Positions 41,940 through 52,268 of a DNA stretch of 64,000 nucleotides are shown piece by piece. Position 1 is the first letter of the stretch. Each line of letters opens with the position of its first letter. Origin of the DNA: Macrostomum lignano (taxonomy: Eukaryota); assembly GCA_002269645.1 (NCBI GenBank), contig NIVC01000670.1, forward strand, positions 226,315 to 290,314, written 5' to 3'. A program made the position numbers and the translations under genes. Below the pieces are notes generated by a model. That model was not told the origin of the DNA and did no database searches. It was given only the letters and a program-made list of their open reading frames with translations.

Positions 41940-43215
41940 GAAATTTGTTTCCAGACTGGACAGCTGCTCCTAGTCGGTGGAAGATACGCACCCGGGTCCC
42001 TCGCTCCAAATTAACAAGGCCTCAAGAGCGACAACTTAGCTGGCTCCAGGGCATGGAGGCCCCCAGAGTCTCCATACCGACCGGGCGGAAATCGTTGTGG
42101 TCGCCAGGTCAGTGTATTTGGCTGATTTGCCGGCCTCGGCCGTCGAGGTGGTAGCTGCGCGGGGACGACGGCAGGTGCAGGTGACTTGGGGCGCAGGTGT
42201 GCGTGATAGTCCCGTCCCAACTAAGCCAACGGCAGCCCGTGCTCGAAAGTTGCCTCAGTGGCGCCATCGAAGCGGCGAGAGTCTCGCGCCGACGTCGCCA
42301 ACTTTGACCCAGCTGTGGACAGAGCGGGCGAGTGCGCCATCATGGCGTGGCCTGCGGCAATCATGTCTCGCCCTAAGGCGATCAGCACCAGGGCCAACCA
42401 GCTGCTCTCACAGCCGCTGCTTCAGGGCTCCGCGGCCAATACGCTCGGTGGTGGCGAGGAGCCGCCGCTTGGGCCAGGTGAGCAGCTCTGTCCAGGCCAC
42501 ACCATGATGGCGCACTCGCCCGCTCTGTCCGCAGCCGGGTCAACGTTGTTGACGTCCGTGGCGCCACCCGAGTGGTCATCAACGACAGCAAGCTGCAGGT
42601 GGAGCCCGACAACGTAGCAGCTGACGCCTTGCGGGCCAAACACCTAGTCGAGCCCGACCCGCCACCCCCCCCCGCCGGAGAGCTGTCACCGCCCCTCCGA
42701 CTGCCTGGCCCAGTAGACGGTTTGCGACCAAGGACTACTTAACAACAAGTTACAATTGTTGTTAATTAGTCCTTGTTTGTCACAAGGCAAGGTCGACGGG
42801 TCGCAGAGTCTAGTTTGTTGCAAACTTCATGCAGAGCTTGAGTCAGAGTACGCAGTGCTAGGGGCGAAGGCGGCCGGAATGCAGCGCACAGTGGAGCCAG
42901 GCCAGTAGGTGTGACCTGGGTCACAGCTGGGGCCGGCAGTCGGCGGGCCACTGCACTCTGGTCCTGGCTGAGTTGCCATGGGTGCATCAGGTTACACTCT
43001 GCCGGGGGCTGGTTGGACCCAGGACATGGCGCATCGTGGGGCCCATGTCGCATGATGTGCAGTGCACTAGGCCTGATGAGGAAGAGGTGGCGCAGTTGCG
43101 CCGGCAGACTGGGCAGATTCCACGAGACCGTCCCTTGCCCATGCATGCATGAGACCATCGATGCGGCTGATTACAACCGTATTAATAATAATAATAACAA
43201 TAAAATAATGACTAA
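41940..43215 (+). mobile_element. GC-rich decayed sequence, possibly the 3' end of a non-LTR retrotransposon
   Basis: GC-rich island ending in a (TAA)n-like tail at 43180-43210; weak resemblance of GASWGPC..MCSALGL to REL-endonuclease C-termini; no clean motif. Confidence 0.3.
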
Positions 43216-43453
43216 ACTAAAAAATCTCTATCGACAGTGTTGTACTCTGCCCCCCCCCCTTTCTCGGCACGTTGATTTTAACTCCTGTGTAAATTGCATC
43301 ATAGATGTACACTTACTCTAGAGCAATCGATTACAGAGCTTTGAGCTCAAATATATAATAGCACCCCACGCCCAAGTCGGGGCCGTAAGCTTTTGGTTCA
43401 TCTAAACTTCTGTCTCTCGCGTCAGTCACTACACTGGCGTCGCAAGCTAAGCT

Positions 43454-46400
43454 ATGTCTACTGAAAACAGTGGCCAGACACGCAACGTTGTTCAACTGCA
43501 ACTGCCTCCACCTGAGCCATTCAACGTCAACCAAGAAGCACACGCACTGTCATCACGGTGGGAAGATTGGTCGTCGCGCTTTCTGTGCTTCATCCACGCC
43601 TCCGGAGTCAAGGATCCGGCCCAGCAGAGACAAGTCCTGCTCTACACAGGCGGGAGGGAGCTGGCCGAGCTATACAAACAGCTGACCAACAGCGGAAACA
43701 CCGTCGAAGAACTCATCAAGGCTTTCAAGGACCACTTTACAGGCCGCAGGTGCGTGCCCGTACAACAATCCGACGTCGCACCGACCTCTGAACCGACGTC
43801 GTACGACGTCTATGTAACATTACGTGTTTCCTATTGGTCGGACGTCGGGCCGACGTCGAAGTCGCAGTCCAAAAATTTATTTCGCGCTGCTTTAACATTT
43901 ATTTTCGCGGGATGAACTGGCAAGCAATACTGTTATGCTTAATTTAATTATTTAAGGCGAATAACGTGAATTAAGGCGAATTTAATTTTCCGACTACGAC
44001 CTCGACGTCAGCCCGACGTCCGACCAACAGGAAACACGTAATGTTACATAGACGTCGTACGACGTCGGTCAGATACGTCGGATTGTTGTACGGGGTGGTG
44101 TTCTCAAGATACGAGTTCCGAAACTGCACGCAGCAACCAGGCCAGAGCATCGACGCATGGGTCAGTCAGCTATACAAGGCCGCGGAAAGCTGCGACTTCG
44201 ACAATTTGCGCGACTCCCTCATCCGCGACCAGATTGTCGCCGGATGCAACTCCGAGCAACTCAGAAGACGGCTACTGCAGACCGCCAACATCAACTTGCA
44301 GGATGCACTGCAGCTGTGCCGAGCCTTCGAAGCCGCTAGCTACCAGTCAGCGGCCATGGAGTCACGCCGCGACGAGACAGTAAACTCAATGAGGCGCACC
44401 AGAGGTGAGCAACAAGACGGACCATCGTACAAGCCTGGCAGCAAGTCCAAGTGCTACCGATGCGGAGAAACCGGGCACCGTAGCTGCGACGCGGCCAAAG
44501 GCAAAACATGCAACATCTGTAAAAAGGTGGGCCACCTGGCGAAGGCTTGTATGTCTAAGGGCAACTCCAGAGACCGCGTGCACACCATTGGTGGTCAGCA
44601 TCAACACCCGGAAGAATCCAGCAAGTCACCAAGCGACGAAGGGGAGGTCTTCTGCCTGACTGCGAACAAGCTGCCGCTGATGAGCATCTCTATCAACGGT
44701 AAGCGGGTCGAGGCGCTCATCGACAGTGGCGCCAGCTGCAATGTCATCGACCAGGCGACTTTTCAAGATCTCAAAACAGCCAAAACGCCACTGCTTCGAT
44801 CAGCACGGCAGCTGTACCCGTTCGGCTCGAAGACACCACTGGCGACCGCCGGCAGAGCTGAGCTCCTTGTCAAAATCAGCGGTCTCGAGGAAGTAGTGGA
44901 CTTCACAGTAGTGCAAGACCCGGGCGTCACCATTCTCGGAAGGGCAACGAGCGAGAAGTTCGGAGTACTACGAGTGGGTCCGGCGCCGAAAACTCGCATC
45001 AACAGCATCGAGAGTGCCGACAAGGCAAAGGCAATGGAGTCCTCGAGTCCGGAGGCCAACTCAGCTAACCTTCCAGCAAACCTCCAGCTTGATAACATCC
45101 TCAAAAAGCACCGGGTGCTCTTCCAAGGAGTTGGCTGCGTCAAGGACGTCGAAGTGAGCATCCGACTCAAGGAAAACGCTATCCCAGTGTGCCACCCGCC
45201 TAGCCAATCCACCTACGAGACGCAGCCATCAAAGAGCTCGACGCCCAGCTCAGCGAAGGCATCATCGAGTGAGTATCCGAGCCTTCCGAATGGGTCGCTA
45301 GAATGGTAGTGGTACCAAAAAGCACTCCGAACCAGGTGCGAATCACCCAAGACCTTCGAGACCTCAATCAATACGTAGTGCCGGAGAAGCAGCCGATTCC
45401 GACCTTTGAAGAGGTCACAGACGAAATGGCCGGTTCACACTTCTTCTCGGAGCTAGACATCAATAAAGCCTTTCACCAAATCAAGGTCGATCAGGAGTCA
45501 CGCAAGTTTCTGACCTTCTCGACACCACTGGGCTTAATGAGGCTCACGCGCCTCTGTATGGGTTTCACGTCGGCTTCATAAATTCTACAGCGTGTGATGT
45601 CTACAGTACTCAGCGGCCTGCCAGGAGTGAGATGGGTGCACGATGACATCATTGTGTATGCCCGGGACATCCAGGAGCACAACAGTCGCCTAGCCAGCTG
45701 CCTTCAGCGTCTTCAGGGACACGGCCTGACTCTCAACCCGTCCAAGTGCAAATTTGCGGTGCCGGAGGTCAACTTCCTGGCCATGCGACTGTCGGCAAAA
45801 GGGATCCAGCCAGCTGAAGCCAAGGTGTCGGCGATCAAAAGCTTCAAAGAGCCAACGAACGCCTCGGAAGTCCGCTCCTTCCTCGGTCTCGTTACGTTTG
45901 TCAGTCGCTTCATGCCAGGCCTGGCGGACATGACGAAGCCGTTGCGGGACCTGACCAAGAAGAGTGCAAGCTGGCAGTGGGGCGAGCAGCAGGCCAAGGC
46001 TTTTCAAGAAGTCCGAGATCGCATCGCAGTCGACAGCACACTGGTCTTCTTCGACAAGCACCGGCATACCGAACTCGTTGTCGACGCCAGCCCCATCGGA
46101 CTCGGCGCCATTCTTTGCCAGATTCAGTCCGACGGCTCATCCAAGCCGGTTGCATTCGCAAGCAGAGCCCTATCGGCAGTCGAGTCGAGGTACTCACAGA
46201 CGGAACGGGAGGCTCTCGCAATCAAGTTCGGCTGCCTGAAATTTCGACACTATCTCTGCGGCGCCGCCAACTTTACTGTCGTCACCGACCACAAGCCGCT
46301 GACCTTCATGCTCAAGCCCGGCTCGCGCCCACCTCCACGCATCGAGCGCATGGCGCTCAGCATCCAGGACATGCAGTTCAGCGTCATCTATCGGCCAGGC

Positions 46401-47831
46401 CCGTTCAACCCGAGCGACATCCTCAGCCGGCAGCCAGAGCCCGCTCCGACATCGATCAACATCGGCGAGATCCTGGACACAAACTTCATCGGCAGCATCG
46501 CGCAAGCGGCGACGCCGAGAGGCCTGTCCCTGCAGCAAGTCCGGGAAGCCACGGCCCGTGATGCCATTCTATCGACTGTGCTGTCATCATTGAGAACAGG
46601 CAATTGGGATCTGCGGGACGACAGCATCCGACGACTGCACGCCGCCAGGCACGAGTTGACCGAGGCTTCTGACGTTCTGCTGCGAGACCAAAGATTGGTA
46701 ATCCCAAAAGCCCAGCGGCCCGTTGTCCTGCAGCTGGCTCATCAAGGACATCAAGGCGAGACCAAAACACTGCGCCGACTCAACTCCAAGGTCTGGTGGC
46801 CCGGAATGTCAGCTGAGGCCAAGCAACTGGTGGCACAGTGCCTGGAATGTGCGGCCACCAACCATCAAGCGGAAGTTTCGGCAGCCCCACTGCAACCGAC
46901 TGAGCTGCCAGAGTCTGCCTGGTCCACTATCGGCATCGACTTTCTTGGACCTGCCAACGGTCGACATTTCCTGGTGATCATCGACCACTACTCGCGCTAC
47001 CCCATCGTCGTGGCGATGAAGTTGATCACAGCTGACCGCACCACCAGACAGTTACAGCAGGTCTTCGCGACCTTCGGGATTCCCCAGCAAATCGTGACGG
47101 ACAACGGTCCGACATTCACATCAGAAGCCTTCAGGAGTTTCGTCACAAGCCACGGAATCAGCCACCGGCGCATCACACCGTACCATCCCGAGGCCAATGG
47201 CATTACCGAGCGAATCAACAGGTCCCTGAACAAGCAGCTCCGCATCTCCAACGCCCAAGGAACCGACTGGAGGACGGCATTGCAGGAGTGGCTCGCCGCG
47301 TACCGCAGCACTCCGCACACGGCCACAGGAGTCGCCCCAGCCGACCTGATGTTCGGGAGACCAGTCCAAGACTGCATTCCAGGAGTCAAGCCGCAGGCTG
47401 CAGCAAAGACGGTCAGGAACAGAGACCGTCAGTACAAAGCCGCCATGAAGCACTACGCCGACGCGACAAGATCAGCCGCAGAGCATCGCATCCAAGCTGG
47501 CGATAAAGTCCTCCGCAGAAAAATCCAGCCATGGAAAACGGACACGCCATTTGAAATTCAGCCTTGGACAGTCACGGAGGTCAAAGGCGATTCTGTCATC
47601 CTGGAGAGCACGGGCGGCAGCAACTGCATGCGCAACGTCAGCGACGTTAAGCGACTGCCAGAGCGGCCAACAGGAGACGGACCAGACGAGACCGGCGGTC
47701 CAGAAGGCGACCCGACGGCCGCTTCGGCACCCGCGGAGCCACCGGCCGCAGCCGGTGCGGGGGAGCTGCCAATCGCGAACCGTCCGCATCCAAGAAGCTG
47801 CAAACTACCGCAACCCAATTATAGGACCTGA
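43454..47831 (+). pseudogene. Disrupted gag-pol
   Basis: Same domain order as 35214-39224 (IDSGAS, WVHDD, EREALA, TDNGPTF). Broken by a MITE in gag, a frameshift near 45205, TGA near 45267 and TAA at 45579. Confidence 0.93.
43757..44094. mobile_element. CCC-terminal MITE (338 bp) inserted in gag
   Basis: 20-bp perfect TIR CCCGTACAACAATCCGACGT; 3-bp TSD GTG; removing the element and one GTG restores HFTGRRCVVFSRY, colinear with HFKERNNIVFARY of the intact element. Confidence 0.92.
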
Positions 47832-48774
47832 TTTTTTTCGTGCAAAACTGACGAACCTATAAACCTCTTTTTGCTTTTTTTTGCGCATGACATTCATTTT
47901 TTAAATCCGATTTTTAATCCGTTAATCTCCGCGAAGGGGAAAGATGTTGCACTCTGCCCCCCCCCCTTTCTCGGCACGTTGATTTTAACTCCTGTGTACA
48001 TTGCATCATAGATGTACACTTACTCTAGAGCAATCGATTACAGAGCTTTGAGCTCAAATATATAATAGCACCCCACGCCCAAGTCGGGGCCGTAAGCTTT
48101 TGGTTCATCTAAACTTCTGTCTCTCGCGTCAGTCACTACAGACAGAACCAACCCATGTCAAGTTCCTACGTGTACTATTAAATCGTATAAAAACAAGGAG
48201 AATAGCAATAATACTGTTTTCAGCTAATTTTTCCCCCAACTCAATGGAGCTTAAAACTAATCCTGAGCCTCGGAAAACAAAGCAGATTAGCCATGGTTAG
48301 CTGTCAACAGTGGGTCTGGCAGGGAAAATCCACTCATGCCGAACGACGGTCAATAATCCCTCGGGCACACGACCAGGTGTGTAAAGTTGAGCTATATGTG
48401 TGGCAGGTGTCCCTGCACCTTCATACCAGCTTACTATGCCCCGGCCCATTCACTCTGCTACTCGTAATAAAGAAACCATGAAGTTATGCATTCGGCCTAG
48501 AATATTATGTTAATTTTGGCGTATCGTTAAAACAGACCAGAGTAATAAAGAAAGTGGTAAAAATATACATGGTAGTGCAAATTAACGGTGTCAAGAATAG
48601 CGTCTGATGTTCCGTTTTGAGGCAGATTAAAAAAGAATACTTATTTTTTCCTAAGGGAAAATTCACAGAAAATGTTTATAAAAACACGTCAGAAATTACC
48701 GCTGTATGCTCGTATGTACTTTTGTTGAACCACCCACATTTCTTCAAAATGAATTACCTAACGCACGCATTTAG

Positions 48775-48900
48775 ATTAGCATAGCTCAGGTCTTTAGCAT
48801 AGCTCAGATCTTTAGCATAGCTCAGATCTTTAGCATAGCTCAGATCTTTAGCATAGCTCAGATATTTAGCATAGCTCAAGATCTTTAGCATTGCTCAGGT
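48775..48900. repeat. 18-bp tandem repeat (TTTAGCATAGCTCAGATC)
   Basis: Direct reading; about 6 copies. Confidence 0.9.
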
Positions 48901-49702
48901 TAAAAAAACTTTCACTCGAACTCAACAACGATGGGAAAGCTTGGTGCTTGCAAGCCCCCCCCCCCCTGCACCCAGCCAGCAATTCCTGTCTCCGTATTTT
49001 GAGTTGGAATTCTCTCAGCATTAAAGCGGAAACTTGAGAACAGTTATTTTCTATAGTTTCAGTGAGACGGCAGCTGCTTCTCACTGCCTCTCACAGATCG
49101 TTGCTGCAAAAGTAGCAGATTTTATTTCTGTTCCAATTTCTCTGGTCAACGCAGCTGTTGTTTTTATAATTTGTTTAAAAAGTGCAACAAAATTAGAATC
49201 AAAATATGCTCGTATTAAAAAACTTATAACTGATAGTTGTAAAATCTGCGTATATTAACATTTTTATTGATGAAATTAGTGACAAAATTAAGCTATAATT
49301 ATCTAGGAATTATTTTGGCTTTTATAACCAACAAAGCCAAGTACAATACCCAATCATGGAATCATAATCATTGAATGTGCTTAACGCAATGATGACAGTC
49401 ACTTTCTATTCTATTTTCGAATACAAATGCAAAATATTAAATTCTAAGGCAAGAAGGGCTTGTTGGTAGCAGGGTTTTGAACGCTTTCAATAAGGCCAAT
49501 AGTTAAACTGGTGATTTAGCTACAGTTCAACTGACGAGAGAGATTATTTTGTCTATTGCGCAGGCCATCTGTCCGTCATTTTTGTGGGCATGCAGCTGCA
49601 GTCATGGAATAATGGAATTATTTAACAAATATAGCAAACTGCCTGCAAAACATACGAACACCATCTTGATAAAATGGTACTTATATTATAATTATAGACT
49701 AT

Positions 49703-49895
49703 GGGCCGTATGCAGAAAGCTCTGTCTAGGGTAGTCCGGTCTTGAAAAGCTAGTCTGGACTTGGATTTGGTATGCAGAAACACAAAGTTAGACCGGTCTA
49801 CTATAGCAGAACTAAGGTAGCTAGACCATAGACTATAGACTGAACTACCCAAGTCCGGACTAGCTAGTCTGGACTAGGCTTTCTGCATACGGCCC
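49703..49895. mobile_element. MITE with an 18-bp TIR (Harbinger-like GGGCC ends, or Crypton-type TATGG-bounded)
   Basis: TIR GGGCCGTATGCAGAAAGC; flanks read either as a 3-bp TSD TAT or as direct TATGG at 49700-49704 and 49896-49900. Confidence 0.75.
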
Positions 49896-49930
49896 TATGG
49901 ATCTTTCGCTGCATTGGGACGGACAGTCAG

Positions 49931-51367
49931 CTAAATATGCTTTTTAACAAATTGGAATTTAGTGTAGAAATGCAGCGGAATCTCTTGCGTCTTCGCCAGC
50001 CCCGGCACCCGGTAGTCTGCCAGGGTGTTGTTCCAGAACCGCTCGACCATGCACTGCAGTGCCAGCCGCTGGAAGTTGTAGTAAAACTTGTTGACAAAGA
50101 ACTCCGGCCTCTTATTCATAGCCGGCAGGTCTTTGATGCCCCAGATGCAGATCTGGCGCACAGCTTTGCCGGAGAGGCAGGGATAGCCGAACACGCCGAA
50201 CAGCCAGTTCTTGTAGCGATTAAGAAACGGCTGCTTTACGTTGTCCGTCTTTAGGCCGGTTAGGTCTGCGCCAGGCACTTTGAGCACGTCCGGGTTGTGA
50301 TTCAGCGAGGCAAATAAGGTCTCATCCGGGCACGGCCAGCCGCCGTGTTTTCTCAGGTGCTCAATGATCTGCCGCCCAACGCTCGAGAATACGTACTCTA
50401 CGAATCCTCTGGTGGCGGTGATGTGCACCGAGCCTTTGTACCACTGGATCTCTTTCTTACTGCCGTCGGGCAGTTGAACCGAAAGCTGCGGCGTTCCTCT
50501 GTGCGTGCCGGCGTTCTCCAGGTTGTTTGCTCCGTTTAACGATTTGAGAATTCTAACGAGTTCGCGCATAGTGCGCAGCGGGTACTCCTGGCCTACCAGG
50601 TTGATGAAGTAACGCCATTTTTTGCTCATCTCCAGCAGCCGCTTCATGCAGTGCAGGTCGGCCTCTAGCACTGTGAACGTTCCCCAGTTCACATTGCTCC
50701 GGCTCTCGGAGACAATAACGTTTGGAAAGCAGCTGGCGTATTTTGTGACCGCTTGAAAGAATGCGTTGCTTGACTTGTTATCGACGTGGAAACAATAAAA
50801 GTGCTCCGGCCTGTACACCGCTCTGAAAAGCTTCTCAACTTGGTAGAAGTCTTTGAAAACAACGAGTGAAAATGCTAGCGGAAAGTCCGCTTCTTCTTGG
50901 CTCATGGTTTCAGTCACGTAGGTTTGACGGATTTCGGTACAGCTATCGGCCGCCATGCGTTCATCCAGGCGATAGTCACTGGGCACGTCGCAGTGCTCCA
51001 TCAGCTGCTGGGCCTTCTTTTGCTCTGCCGGGTCTCCAGCAAGCAGACGATCGCAGGCCACCTCCGCCTGTCTGTGCGTTCGGCCCAGCCTGGCCTGAAG
51101 GCGCAGGGCTCGACCAGCCGATTGGCTCTCCAGGATTTGATGGCCGTCGCCTATGCCTATCCATTCGTCAGTGTTGCTGCTTCCGCTGCCACTGCTCCTA
51201 CCGTTGCTGCCGCCGACCACGCCGTCATCTAGGTTGAGCTTTCGAGTTGCTGGCGGCGCAAAGGTCCCTGATGGGCGCATCGAAGTAGTCATCAGGTAGC
51301 CTATTAATGCACCAGCATTGAACAGCAACAGGCCTAGGAGTATCGTCTTCACTTGGACTTGTAGCAT
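49931..51367 (-). CDS. Core-2/I-branching beta-1,6-N-acetylglucosaminyltransferase (GT14, GCNT family), 478 aa, intronless
   Basis: N-terminal TM (ILLGLLLFNAGALIGYLMT); FPLAFSLVVFKD...LFRAVYRPEHFYCFHVD; WGTFTVLEADLHCM; WRYFINLVGQEYPL; PDETLFASL; FVNKF. Confidence 0.93.
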   Translation of the reverse strand: MLQVQVKTILLGLLLFNAGALIGYLMTTSMRPSGTFAPPATRKLNLDDGVVGGSNGRSSGSGSSNTDEWIGIGDGHQILESQSAGRALRLQARLGRTHRQAEVACDRLLAGDPAEQKKAQQLMEHCDVPSDYRLDERMAADSCTEIRQTYVTETMSQEEADFPLAFSLVVFKDFYQVEKLFRAVYRPEHFYCFHVDNKSSNAFFQAVTKYASCFPNVIVSESRSNVNWGTFTVLEADLHCMKRLLEMSKKWRYFINLVGQEYPLRTMRELVRILKSLNGANNLENAGTHRGTPQLSVQLPDGSKKEIQWYKGSVHITATRGFVEYVFSSVGRQIIEHLRKHGGWPCPDETLFASLNHNPDVLKVPGADLTGLKTDNVKQPFLNRYKNWLFGVFGYPCLSGKAVRQICIWGIKDLPAMNKRPEFFVNKFYYNFQRLALQCMVERFWNNTLADYRVPGLAKTQEIPLHFYTKFQFVKKHI

Positions 51368-51804
51368 TGTTGATGACGGAATTTCGCCCTTATGTTGGCA
51401 CCTGCGATGCAAGGTGAAATTTATTTTCAAGCTTTGAAGCAGTAAGCAAAACTCTCCTAACCCTCAGTTTTAACGTTTTAACCACTTCTGCCCCTCGAGT
51501 CTCTGCACTCACTCAGCGACTTCTGCAATAGAAATTTACCATAGACTCTTTCTATGGTAAACTTATTGTATATCGCAGAAGTAGTCCCTGACTCACTCTT
51601 ACAAAACCCACTGACTGCAGAGCAGCCATAGACATCTGCGTCGGCCGACAAGCAGTCACAGCACTCACTCTTAGAAAACCATGGATGACTAGTCCTTCAT
51701 CCATGTAGAAAACCCGCTAGCTGCAAGAGTAGCTTTCACACGCAGAGAGCTACGAGTATGGGTTCAAAATCATAAAGAAGAGGGCAGGCGTCGCCATGCA
51801 TATA

Positions 51805-52072
51805 CACTCAGCAACATCGAAAAGTCGCCACTCTATGCGCCAGTAAGCGATTTCTCTTAAAGTATTCTGAAATAAAAGATGCGAGAAAACTGATCGGGGT
51901 AGCTTTAATCCGTCCAACCCTCGCACACCGCTCCCCCCATTTCATTCCTCAACTCAAGTCTGCCGCGGCGTAGCAAATTGCGTCACTCGCAAAGATTGAG
52001 AGACTTTACCTGCACTCGTGGCGACTACAGACGTAACCCGCTGTGATGGCGACTTTTCAATGTTGCTGAGTG
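51805..52072. mobile_element. CACTC-terminal (CACTA/EnSpm-like) MITE (268 bp)
   Basis: 26-bp TIR CACTCAGCAACAT(C/T)GAAAAGTCGCCA; 2-bp TSD TA. Confidence 0.8.
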
Positions 52073-52081
52073 TATTTCAAA

Positions 52082-52268
52082 GCATCAAGCTCTGAGTATC
52101 AAGCTCTGAGCATCAAGCTCTGAGTATCAAGCTCTGAGCATCAAGCTCTGAGTATCAAGCTCTGAGTATCAAGCTCTGAGTATCAAGCTCTGAGTATCAA
52201 GCTCTAAGTATCAAGCTCTGAGTATCAAGCTCTGAGAATCAAGCTCTGAGTATCAAGCTCTGAGCTCT
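52082..52268. repeat. 14-bp tandem repeat (TCAAGCTCTGAGTA)
   Basis: Direct reading. Confidence 0.93.

Larger units (their letters stand above)
43238..48140 (+). mobile_element. Decayed Gypsy (Mag-like) LTR retrotransposon
   Basis: 196-bp LTRs (43238-43433, 47945-48140) with 2 mismatches seen; TSD GACAG; PBS TGGCGTCGCAAGC (43435-43447); PPT AAGGGGAAAGA (47934-47944). Confidence 0.96.

Noticed and set aside
35175-47862. Many short overlapping ORFs within the Gypsy elements, and a possible env or chromodomain
   Set aside because: Alternative-frame shadows of gag-pol; no third ORF, TM segment or chromodomain lies between integrase and the PPT.
51368-51430. Longer N-terminus for GCNT from the ORF track
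   Set aside because: The track starts at a non-ATG codon; the ATG at 51367 just before the TM segment fits a type II membrane protein.
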